Positions 51,721-61,248 of a stretch of DNA of 64,000 bases are shown here, piece after piece (position 1 is the first letter of the stretch; each line of letters starts with the position of its first letter). The DNA comes from an uncultured delta proteobacterium (GTDB lineage Bacteria > Desulfobacterota > Binatia > UBA9968), in the NCBI GenBank assembly GCA_963760795.1, contig CAVXEP010000007.1, positions 96,001 through 160,000 on the forward strand, written 5' to 3'. The translations under genes and the position numbers were made by a program. The notes under the pieces were generated by a model. The model did no database searches, was not told the origin of the DNA, and saw nothing but the letters and a program-made list of their open reading frames with translations.

Positions 51721-52736
51721 TCACCGAATCACTTTATCCGCCCGCGCCAGCACGTTGGGCGGAATCGTCAGGCCGATTTGCTTGGCTGCTTTCAGATTGA
51801 CGATGAACTCGAACTTGATCGGCTGCTCGACGGGCAGGTCAGCGGGCTTGGTGCCTTTCAAGATCTTGTCCACGAAGTCGCGGCGCGGCGGAACAGGTCG
51901 GAACAGCTCGGCGCGTAGCTCATCAGGCCGCCGGCTTCTCACCAAACTCACGTCGCTGAGTACATCGCCGGGAGCCGGTTCTTGACCGCGAAGCTCCGAC
52001 ACTCTGTGTTCGCTGAGTAGCGAAAGTGCCTCCGCCCTGGCGTAAAGATCGCCTGCGTCGGCCTGTTGCTTGATCGTCATCGCGTAATGCGTCTGCGAAA
52101 TCGTTAAGACTTCGCACGGCAAGGACTCGCTGAAGCTTTCACTCCCAACGCCTGGCCGCGCCTCGATTTCCGTCAGATTCAGCTTCTTCTCGGTGCCACC
52201 CGCTTCGCACTAAGAAGACGGCGACTCGGACAGCTTTCGGAAGGACTTCCTTGAACAGCTCCAGCCGTTTGCCAGCTTAGGTCCGGCGCCATGTCAGCTA
52301 ATCCGGTGATGTTTCCGCCAGGCTTCGCGCCAGGCTGGCGACCAATTCCGGTTCCAACAGGATCGCCGGCGCAAGCGCGAATACGATGGGAATCGTTGTC
52401 GTCGCTTCTTTAGCAGCTGCAATTGTCCCGGACCACCGGTGACGATGACGTCGACTTTGAGACCGACCAGTTCGGCTGCAAGGTCAGGCAGGCGATCGGG
52501 ATTTCCCTCGGCATATCGGTACTCGAATGACGAATGTTTTCATCCTCGACATAGCCCAAGCTCGCTGCAGCCGCTGGCGGAAATGCTTCGATCCGGGCCG
52601 ATTGCGACGAGAGGCGGCGTATCAGTTCGAAGAGAATTCCTATCCGCGGGATTCTTCTCGGCTGCTGCGCCTCGGATGCAAAGCTAAGAGCCAAAAAAAT
52701 GGCGCCCAGAGCAAAGACGAAGATTTTTTTACTCAT
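51721..52736 (-). CDS. ABC_sub_bind substrate-binding protein, heavily frameshifted
   Basis: [17 protein letters not shown]...[10 protein letters not shown]; C-term [22 protein letters not shown]...ADKVIR. Confidence 0.75.
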
Positions 52737-52788
52737 AGGATTTCTTCGCGCTGCAAAGTTCAGAATCGAAAAAGCATTGTGTCGCGCA

Positions 52789-52901
52789 CGTCATTCCTGC
52801 GCGCGCGGGAATCCAGACCCGCCATCCTCCTGGATACCGTTTTTCAACGGTATGACGGACGCTGTCCGTCAGCTGGATTCCCGTTGTCACGGGAATGACG
52901 G
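52789..52901. repeat. dRS3-like gtcattcc/ggaatgac repeats (three units)
   Basis: cgtcattcctgcgcgcgcgggaatccag; ctggataccgtttttcaacggtatgacg; ctggattcccgttgtcacgggaatgacg. Confidence 0.8.
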
Positions 52902-52914
52902 ATGATGGAGCACA

Positions 52915-53838
52915 CTAGCGAAAAGTCTCCTTGATGTAGCGGTACGCCGCGATCGCCGCGGTGGCGCCGTCGCCGGCGGCGGCGATGGCTTGTCGCGCCG
53001 AGTCCTGGCGGATATCGCCGACGGCGTAGAGGCCGCCGCGCGTGGTTTCCATCCAGGTGTCGGTCGGGACATGGCCGGTGTCGCCTAGCTGAACGATATT
53101 TTTCACCAGCGCCGTGTTCGGCTGCAAGCCGACGTAAACGAATAGGCCGGCGAGCTCGACTTGGGAAGTTTCGCCGGATCTAACGGCGCGAGCGCGCACG
53201 CCGGTGACGACTTCGTCGCCGAGAACTTCTTCGATGACCGTTTGGTAATGCGGCGTGATCTTCGAGTTGTCCAACACCCTTTGCAAATAGGTCTGCTGCG
53301 CGGCAAACGAATCGCCCTGATGAAAGAGCAAGACTTTCTCGGCGTAATTGGTCAGCGCCAACGCTTCCTGCAGCGCCGAGTCGCCGCCGCCGACGACGCC
53401 GACGGTCTGGCCGTTGTACATCGGGCCGTCGCAGCTGGCGCAATGGCTGACGCCGCGGCCCATGAGTTTTTCTTCTCCCGGGACACCGAGATGCTTGAGT
53501 GTCGAGCCGGTGGCGACGATCACCGCTTTGGCCTGATAGCTCTCTTCCTCCGTGACCACCGACCAGAGTTTTTCTGCCGCATCGAGTCGCAAAACTTCGG
53601 CGCGTTGAAACTCCGCGCCATGATCCGAAGCCTGACGCTGCAAGTTGGGGCAAATTTCATAGCCGGAAACGCCGTCGGGGAAACCGGGAAAGTCTTCGAT
53701 CTTTTCAATGCTGATCAGATGGCCGCCGGGGATGTTCGATTCGAAAACCAAAGTCGAGAGTCCCTGGCGCGCCGAAAAAAGCCCGGCGGTGAGGCCGGCG
53801 AGGCCGGAGCCGACAATGATTACATCGTAATCTGCCAT
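52915..53838 (-). CDS. trxB: Thioredoxin-disulfide reductase
   Basis: IVGSGLAG, GRGVSHCASCDG (CxxC), VGGGDSA, GLYAVGD, AAGDGATAA. Confidence 0.9.
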   Translation of the reverse strand: MADYDVIIVGSGLAGLTAGLFSARQGLSTLVFESNIPGGHLISIEKIEDFPGFPDGVSGYEICPNLQRQASDHGAEFQRAEVLRLDAAEKLWSVVTEEESYQAKAVIVATGSTLKHLGVPGEEKLMGRGVSHCASCDGPMYNGQTVGVVGGGDSALQEALALTNYAEKVLLFHQGDSFAAQQTYLQRVLDNSKITPHYQTVIEEVLGDEVVTGVRARAVRSGETSQVELAGLFVYVGLQPNTALVKNIVQLGDTGHVPTDTWMETTRGGLYAVGDIRQDSARQAIAAAGDGATAAIAAYRYIKETFR

Positions 53839-53881
53839 GATGTCTTAGTATTCTTTCGTGTACTGTGAGCTTCGTTCGAAA

Positions 53882-53952
53882 GTAAGGGGTCAGGGGTAAG
53901 GAGTTAGGTGTGGGGATGACGGACGCCTCACTCCTGACCCTTTACGCCTTAC
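53882..53952. repeat. 7-bp periodic gtaaggg/ccttac inverted repeat
   Basis: gtaaggggtcaggggtaaggagttagg ... cctcactcctgaccctttacgccttac. Confidence 0.7.
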
Positions 53953-53964
53953 TGTTCCCGTCTG

Positions 53965-55630
53965 TTATCTCCATTTATCCACCGACACCGTCTTCTGATA
54001 GTTGCAATCCATGATGCGCCAGTAGCCGTTGGTTTCGCCGCCGACGACGACGACGTGGATTTCCTCGGGCTTGAACATGTGGATCATTTCGTCCGGGCCG
54101 GCTTTTAACTTCGACGCGTAGGGTTCTTCGCCGAAGGTGGCGCGTGGATAGGATGTAATTTTGGATCAATTGATAATCCCAGTATTCCTTCGCCGCCATG
54201 AGCGAGTTTTCATAGGCCCATTCGATCAACTTCTCTTTGCTGTCGAAACCGCCGCGGTCGATGAACTGACGCGCGGTGATGGGATCGAGCAAGAAGGTCG
54301 GGCGGCTGTGGGCGTCGAGACCGCGCAGCATGCTGCGCACATGCTCGCGCCAATATTGCTCGCGCACGCCGAGGGTAAACGCCGTCGAGCGGCAGCCGGT
54401 GAATACGCTGACGGCGCTGTCGCTGGCCTTGAAACCATGTCCGACGTGGAACGGTGTCCACGGGCTGCGCTCCTCGTTCTCGGCAAAGGTCACGTTGTTG
54501 TAGGCGTAGTTGTTGCCCTGGGAGCCCATGTAGGTGACGCCGGGCACCGAGCTGCCTTGGCCGTTTTGCGAGAGCAGGCCGTAGGCGCGGCCGATGGTGG
54601 CGTTGGCGTGGTTGAACGGTCCCATGGCGCCGGTGCCGCTGTTCATCTTAATTTCGTTTCTAATCGGTCCGTTGACGACCACCATGGCGGCCGCTGAGCT
54701 CGACGTGCTGCCGCGGGCGGTGACGCCGGTGGACGCGAGCGCCAGGATCACCGGAAAGTATTCCGGCCGGGCGCCGGACATCACCGCGTTGACCGCGACT
54801 TTTTCCACCGTGTATTCCCAGTATTCTCTGAAATGGGTCGAGCGCATGTGGCCGACCACTTCGTCGGGCTTGTGGCTGGTGTGCGCGAGCATTTCCTTGA
54901 CGCGTTTTTCCGTCGGCAGGACGATGGGCAGCTTGTCGGTCCAATTTTTGTCGAGAAATAGCTGCTGCAAATTCTCTTCGCTATCGGCATCGACCAGGCG
55001 CGGCGTCGCGGCATGGGCGAATTTCTCACTGACAACGCCGCTGTCGTCGATCGGTTGGGTCAGCCCCTCGATGACTTCCTGCATCACCGGCCGGCCGCTG
55101 AGCGGGTCCTTGCCGTCGATGTAGGCGCGCAGTTGTGCCGCGGTCTTGCCCATCACCGGTTGCGGCACGAAGGCGCGCGGCGCCCGCGGCATGCCATGGA
55201 CGCGGTTCACCGACTCGACGACTTTTTCAAACACATGGGTGTGCAGCGCCACCGTGGGCACACCGTATTTATTATCGAGGGTCATTGCATGCGCGGCGAC
55301 CGCCGGCGCACAGGTGCTTCAATGACCGACACCGACGATGGCGGCATCGCCGTCGGCTTTGATCTTCTCCCAGGTCTGCGGATCGTCCTTGGTGTAGACG
55401 TTGTTCATCTCGATGAACTTGGTTTTTACCGTCGGCATGTTGTCGGTGAACCAACTCTGCAACTGGCGCAGAAACAGTCCCGAGTCGTCGAAGCGCGGAT
55501 CGACTAAATAGACGGTCTTGCCGTCCAAGCTGTCGAGCCGCGGCGCCAGCGCTTTGGGCGTGATCTTGGGCGGATAGCCCACCGGGTTTAACACCGACAT
55601 GTTTTGGGTTGCGTTAGTGCTGTCAGCCAT
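53965..55630 (-). CDS. UGSC-family selenoprotein (Sec at TGA 55319-55321, motif GH-U-STC) fused to a large domain of unknown function; frameshift near 54148
   Basis: ORFs 55319..55630 and 53975..55285 are in frame, separated only by TGA plus 11 sense codons (STCAPAVAAHA); SECIS-like hairpin follows; corrected C-term ...GGETNGYWRIMDCNYQKTVSVDKWR*. Confidence 0.85.
55288..55312 (-). promoter_or_regulatory. Bacterial SECIS element
   Basis: After UGA: AGCACC UGUGCG C CGGC [GGUC] GCCG CGCAUG; 4-bp upper stem, one bulged base, GGUC loop starting 18 nt after UGA. Confidence 0.75.
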
Positions 55631-55718
55631 AGGTAAATCCTCCTGGTTCTATTTATGATCTAGCTGGAAAGTAATCAACCGATTTTTTCGGCAGTGGTTC
55701 AGTTTCATAAAAACTTTG

Positions 55719-55802
55719 GTAGGGGCTACCCGGCGCCTGCCCTGAGCGGAGTCGAAGGGTGGTCGCCTGTCCCAGAGGGCAGACACGCAGGCCTACCCCT
55801 AC
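55719..55802. repeat. GTAGGGGC-type REP doublet with a nested cctgagc-gtcgaaggg unit
   Basis: gtaggggctacccggcg[cctgccctgagcggagtcgaaggg]tggtcgcc ... gggcagacacgcaggcctacccctac. Confidence 0.75.
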
Positions 55803-56869
55803 TCGGCGAGAAGTTTTTTTACTCTCTCGATCACCTCGGCGCTCTGGTCCATGACTTCGTGCGCGAGCTTTTGCAACTGCTCTCCCGGCGTGTAGTCGAC
55901 ATCCAGGTTGCTCTTCTTCACCTCGGCAAGCAGCTCGGGGTCCTTGAGCGCTTGCGCGTAAGCGGCGCGCAGGATCTTCACGAGTTCCGCGCGCGTGCCC
56001 GGCGGCGCGATCAGGGCGCGGCCAAAATCATTCGCCGTGAGCACCGTTTCGGCAACACTCCGGCTCACCTGCGGGGTCTTGTATTCACTCATGATCTCCC
56101 AGATCGTCGGCGTCTCGGGCAGCCTCGGGTCGCGGCTGCGCGCGTCCTGCACCAGATGGCGGTCGTAACCTTTCGCATGCCAAGTGTTAAACGGTTCACG
56201 GCCGAAGTGAGATGAGATGTCATGACCGCGGCAGACCACCTCGCCCTTTTCCACGGCAAGATCGATTTCTTTGCCGCCGGCGTAACCGACGATGACATTG
56301 AATTTCGCGCCGACGGTTTCCTCCAGAATCTTGGGTAAAATGTAGCCGGAGCTGGCAAAGCCCGAGGCGCCGCATTTCGGCGGCTCTTTCGCCTTGATGA
56401 CATCGCCGATGGTTTTGAAAGGAGCGTCGCCGCGAAAATAGAGCATCTGCGTCCATTTTTCTTGGCTGCCGATCCAGTCGAATTTGCGCACGTCGAACTT
56501 GACCTCGGTGCGTCCGACCAGTTGGGTTAGATAGAGGCTGCTATTCGGTATGCCGACGGTGAGGCCGTCCGGTTTGGCGACGCTGTAAACGAAATTGGCT
56601 GCCACCACCGAACTGGCGCCGGGCATGTTTTGCACGATCATGTTCGGGCGCCCCGGAATGAATTTCGGCATGCTCCGGGCGAACATGCGCGCCCATTGAT
56701 CGGACAAACCGCCGGCGGTGAAACCGACGATAATTCGAATCGTCTTGCCTTGGTAGTAGGGCTCCGTTTGCGCCTGACCTGGAGCCGTTATAGCGCCGCA
56801 GAGCAGAATCGCGACCAAAGGCAGCGCACACATCGACGCGCGCACTAAGAATGGAAATTTTTCAAACAT
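55799..56869 (-). CDS. Bug/TctC-family substrate-binding protein
   Basis: YYQGKTIRIIVG, QNMPGAS, KPDGLT, PPKCG. Confidence 0.9.
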   Translation of the reverse strand: MFEKFPFLVRASMCALPLVAILLCGAITAPGQAQTEPYYQGKTIRIIVGFTAGGLSDQWARMFARSMPKFIPGRPNMIVQNMPGASSVVAANFVYSVAKPDGLTVGIPNSSLYLTQLVGRTEVKFDVRKFDWIGSQEKWTQMLYFRGDAPFKTIGDVIKAKEPPKCGASGFASSGYILPKILEETVGAKFNVIVGYAGGKEIDLAVEKGEVVCRGHDISSHFGREPFNTWHAKGYDRHLVQDARSRDPRLPETPTIWEIMSEYKTPQVSRSVAETVLTANDFGRALIAPPGTRAELVKILRAAYAQALKDPELLAEVKKSNLDVDYTPGEQLQKLAHEVMDQSAEVIERVKKLLAE

Positions 56870-57008
56870 TTTATACCTCAGAAGAGAAGGGAGATTACCA
56901 CAAAGTCTGTCCTGAGCGAATGCGAAGGAACTGCGTCGCGCAAAGAGCGCAAAGAAGATTTCCGAATGGTAGGGGTGGGTTTGCCGTGCGCAATGAGGAA
57001 ATCCTATC

Positions 57009-57130
57009 TCACCACGAAGGTCACGAAGAGCACGAAGTTCGGAGTAATAATTTTCCGAACCCTTCGTGTCCTTCGTGAGCTTCGTGGTGAAAACTCTTTC
57101 CCATTTGGTTGCGGCTCTACCGCGTCAGGC
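57009..57130. repeat. cacgaag triplet inverted repeat plus ttggttgcggct tail
   Basis: tcaccacgaaggtcacgaagagcacgaag ... cttcgtgtccttcgtgagcttcgtggtga. Confidence 0.85.
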
Positions 57131-57273
57131 ACTCTGGGGTTAAATTTCTTCTCCCCTTTTTAACCGCGCTGCCAGCGATCGTCCTTGACGTTCAAATTCG
57201 ATCTGCCTTATGGTGCAGACCGCGCGGGTTTCGTCGATTGGCTTGGCGTTTTCGAATGCATAACGGAGGCAAT

Positions 57274-58308
57274 ATGAAAAAGACCAGCTGTTTGGCTCTT
57301 GTCCATTCTCTTGTGGTCGGTCGAAGTTGCGGCGCAAACTCCCTACTTCCAGGGTAAGACCATCAGGGTTGTCGTCGGTTATCCCAGCCGCCAGCGCCCA
57401 TGACCTGTGGGCGCGGCTAATCGCGCCGCAGTTGACCAAACATATTCCCGGCAACCCGGCCACCGTCGTGCAAAACATGCCCGGCGCCGGCTCGATGACC
57501 GCGACCAACTACATTTACAGCGTGGCGAAGCCGGACGGCTTGACCCTCGGCGTCAATAACGCGGCGCTTTACTTCGAACAGCTCCTCAAAAAGAAAGAAG
57601 TTCAGTATGACTGGTCGAAATTCACCTGGGTCGGCAGCACGACGCCGACTAACCCGTTGTTGTATATGTGGGCAAACACACCCTACAAAACCATCCAGGA
57701 CGTGCGCACCGCGACCGTGCCGCCGAAGTGCGGCGCGACCGGCACGGGAAACACCGGCTATTATCTTCCCGAAATTGCTCGAAGAGATCATCGGCGCGAA
57801 GTTTCAAATCGTCACAGGCTATGAAGGCGGCGCGAGTATCGAATTGGCGGTGGAGCGCGGCGAAGTGCAGTGCCGCGCCTTTACCGTGCAAGTGTTCTTC
57901 GGCCGCGAGCCGTTTAACACCTGGCGCAGCAAGAACCTGGTGCGGGTACTGGTTCAAGGCGGCAAGAAGCGCGACCCGCGCTTGCCGGAAACGCCGCTGT
58001 TGAGTGAGTTAATGGATCAATACAAGGTTTCGGAAGCCAATCGCCGATTGGTGACCGTGATGATGGGATCGGGCGAATTCGGCGCCGCGCCGATGTTCGC
58101 CGCGCCGGGAACTTCGCCGGAGCTGACCAAGATATTGCGCGCGGGTTATGCCAAAGCGCTCACCAGCCCTGAGCTCATTGCCGACGCCAAAAAGCAGGGT
58201 CTCGAACCTGAGCTGATTCACGGCGACGAGATCGAAGCACTTGCCAAGGAAGTGTTGACCCAGCCGGCCGAAGTTATCGCGTCGATGAAGAAAGTCATGG
58301 GAGAGTGA
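57274..58308 (+). CDS. Bug/TctC-family substrate-binding protein (several frameshifts)
   Basis: ATG 57274 after ggagg; HDLWARL, QNMPGAGS, PPKCGATG, GEVQCRA across ORFs 57327..57824 and 57607..58308. Confidence 0.85.
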
Positions 58309-58310
58309 AG

Positions 58311-58410
58311 AATTGGAGTACTGGAGTGATGGAGTAATGGAGTACTGGGTTGAAGCAGTCCGGATCCTAAACCCAATAGCTCCACCACTCCAATACTCCA
58401 TCACTCCAAT
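58311..58410. repeat. 8-bp periodic ggagtaat/tactcca inverted repeat
   Basis: attggagtactggagtgatggagtaatggagtactgggt ... ctccaccactccaatactccatcactccaat between convergent genes. Confidence 0.85.
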
Positions 58411-58420
58411 TTGTCTTCTC

Positions 58421-59415
58421 TTACCGCTTGCCGCCCCACAGGTTGTCGAAGAAGCCTGCTATTTTCCATCTCGTCGAGATAGCGGCGATCGATGAGCTGC
58501 TGCGGGTTGAACTTTTTTGGCGCGCGGGTCGTTGATGGCGAGCTCGTCGAGGATGGCTTGCAGCGCTTCTGGCCGCACGTCGAATCTCGGCTCCATGGCT
58601 TTGAGTTCGTTGTTGTACGAGGTTTCGAGGACCTTGCGATCGCTGACGCGCAAGTACTTGGCTAAAATCTTCAATGTCGTTTCCCTCTCAGCGTGAAAAA
58701 TCTTCGACGCTTCGGCCATCGAGCGCATGAACTGGCCGATCACCTGCGGTTTGCGCGCGATCACCGAACGCCGGGAGACGAAAGCCGCGGCGGCGTAGGG
58801 AATGCGCAGGTCGGGGCCGTAGATCAAATAGTGAAACCCCTGGGCGACGGCGTTTTGACCGTAGGTCAGCATCGCCGAGGCGTCGACCGAGCCGTTGAGC
58901 AGCGCGATCAGGTCGGCGGCATCGCCGCCGGTCTGGCGAAAGATCACATCCTTGGCCGGGTCCAAGCCGATACGCTGCAAAACTTGGATGGCGAAATAAT
59001 GGTTGTTGCTGCCGAGGCGGTTGACGCCGATACTTTTGCCTTTGAGATCTTCCGGCCGTTTGATCTCCGGTTTGGCGACGATGCTGTGCGTCAGAATATT
59101 CTTTACCGCGCCGACGATGACGAAGTCCTGGGCGCCTTGGACATAGGCGCTCAGGATGCCGATGCCGCCGATTATGCCGACGTCGGTTTCACCACCGATC
59201 ATGGCTGCGGCAGCAGTGCTGGCGGAGCGCATGAGCACCAGATCGAAGTCGAGGTTATGCTTGCGAAAGATGCCGGCATCGCGCGCGATCCAGGGCAAGG
59301 ATTGTGAGATCGCCAGGGCGGAGTGAATGCCGACGAGCTTGTCGGCGCCGGCCGCGTTGTGCAATGGCAAGACGACGAGCAGGAAACCAAGAACGGCGAT
59401 TCTTTGGACTCGCAT
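58421..59415 (-). CDS. NitT/TauT-family ABC substrate-binding protein (frameshift near 58500)
   Basis: MRVQRIAVLGFLL signal, LPWIARDAGIFRKH, DLKGK; corrected end GFFDNLWGGKR*. Confidence 0.85.
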
Positions 59416-59587
59416 AGGCCAGGGCTCCCTTCGCTGGTTCTGAGATAGCGCACGCTTACTCTTCTGTCGCACCGGCGTCAATTGAATTCTAGCGGTGCCG
59501 GGTTCCCAATTTGAAAAATCAGATCATGGGTGACTTCTGATTGGCTGGACACAGAGCTGACGAAGTAAATCAGTAGCGATGATCGAT

Positions 59588-59836
59588 TCCCCCTTTGGAA
59601 AACTGAGCGTTGCCCATAAGCCGGCTGGACACGGCGGGTGCGGGCAAATCAACGAATTATGTAAAGCACTCAAGTCGCGGACGAGTTTTCCGGTCCCCTC
59701 TTTGGAAAAGAGGGGCTAGGAGAGATTCGTCGCGCCTACGCAGTCCATTTACAGCACTGGAATGTCACGCTGGTGCTAAAGAAACCTCCCCAGGTCACAA
59801 CCAGATCCCCCTGAGTCGCCCTTCTCCAAAGGGGAG
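59588..59836. repeat. ccccctttggaaaa-ggggg family repeats
   Basis: tccccctttggaaaa; cccctctttggaaaagaggggctaggagagatt; atccccctgagtcgcccttctccaaagggga. Confidence 0.65.
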
Positions 59837-59906
59837 ATGGAATACGTGGACTTACCGCCATTTGTCGAATATGATGCAGCGACTTCCCCTACATGGATGG
59901 TGCTCA

Positions 59907-60917
59907 ATGACGAAACTTCGATCGATTCCGTTCTTGATGTTGCTGCTTTGCGCGCCGTTGGCTGCGCTAGCTGCCGCGGCGGCGCCGGTGCGCGTCAATA
60001 TCGGCGCGGCGTCGGCGAGCAGCAGCATGCTCAGTCTGTGGGCGGCGCAGGAGCAGGGGCTGTTTGCCAAGCATGGTATCGACGCGCAGTTGATCTTGAT
60101 TCGCGGCGGTTCGACCCTGGTGGCGAGTTTGGTCACCGGCGAAATTCAGCTGGCGTTTACCTCCGGCGTATCGGTGCTCGGCGCGGCGGCGCAGGGTGTC
60201 GATGTGAAAATGCTGACGTCGATCTCCAGCCGCGTCAGCTGGAAGCTGATCGCCAATCCGCAGATCAAAACCGCCGCCGAGCTGCGCGGCAAACGCTTTG
60301 GCGTGCAAAGTATCGTCGGCAGCACCTGGATGTACGCGATGCTGGCGCTGGAGCAGTTGGGATTGGAACCGAAGCGCGACAACATTTCCTTTCTGCCCAT
60401 CGGCGATGCGGTGACCATCGGTCATTCTTTAGAAGCCGGCCGTATCGACGCCGCGGTGCTCGACCCGCCGCTCAGCCGGCGGCTCACCGGCAAAGGATTT
60501 TCGCAATTGGTCGATCTCGCCAAGACGAACGCGAGTTTTCCTGGCCTCGGCGTCGGCGTGACGCGCAGTTATCTCGATCAGCAGCCCACGACGCTTGAAA
60601 AGGTTGTCACTGCTTTGACGGAAGGACTGGCGTTCGCTCAGTTGCCGGCCAACAAGCCGGTTGTCCTGAAAATTCTCATGAAGCATTTGCGTGTCACCGA
60701 CTCGGTCGTCGCCGAAGATGGCTACCAAGATCATCTGTCCACGCTCAACCGTAAGCCTTATCCTTCGCTCGACGGTCTGCGCAGCGCGCAAAGATTGATG
60801 GCGCAGCAGAATCCGAAGATCGCGACGCTGAAGGTGGAAGATTTGGTTGACGCGCGGTTTGTCCGAAAGCTGGACGACAGCGGCTTCATCGATCGGCTGT
60901 ATGCCGGGCCGCGGTGA
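59907..60917 (+). CDS. NitT/TauT-family ABC substrate-binding protein
   Basis: Signal peptide MTKLRSIPFLMLLL, FAKHGID, LRGKRFG, FVRKLDDSGFIDRLY. Confidence 0.88.
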   Translation: MTKLRSIPFLMLLLCAPLAALAAAAAPVRVNIGAASASSSMLSLWAAQEQGLFAKHGIDAQLILIRGGSTLVASLVTGEIQLAFTSGVSVLGAAAQGVDVKMLTSISSRVSWKLIANPQIKTAAELRGKRFGVQSIVGSTWMYAMLALEQLGLEPKRDNISFLPIGDAVTIGHSLEAGRIDAAVLDPPLSRRLTGKGFSQLVDLAKTNASFPGLGVGVTRSYLDQQPTTLEKVVTALTEGLAFAQLPANKPVVLKILMKHLRVTDSVVAEDGYQDHLSTLNRKPYPSLDGLRSAQRLMAQQNPKIATLKVEDLVDARFVRKLDDSGFIDRLYAGPR

Positions 60918-60948
60918 GTGCGCTTTAAAGCTTGTATTCGGAAATGCC

Positions 60949-61160
60949 TCTCGCAAAGGCGCAAAGACGCCAAGTTCGGAATCAATGTCATTTCGATTCT
61001 TGGGAGAAATCTTGATTAGATCCCTCCTGTCCCTCCGGATGACGGGCGTCAGCCCGTCACCTTTGCGTCTTTGCGCCTTGGCGAGAGAAATTCCGAGACT
61101 GACCGGTGCGCGAAGCGCACCCTACGAAACCCTTCGTGTCCTTCGTGCCTTCGTGGTGAA
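60949..61160. repeat. Composite repeat cluster: cgcaaag inverted arms, GTAG-type REP and a cttcgtg arm
   Basis: tctcgcaaaggcgcaaagacgccaag ... ctttgcgtctttgcgccttggcgaga; ggtgcgcgaagcgcaccctac; cttcgtgtccttcgtgccttcgtggtgaa. Confidence 0.8.
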
Positions 61161-61248
61161 ACCAACGTTGGTATGAGCAACTCGGTTTGAATCGGCGGGG
61201 TGATTGCGATATTCGCTGATTAGACAATCATATTTTCGGAGGTAGATC

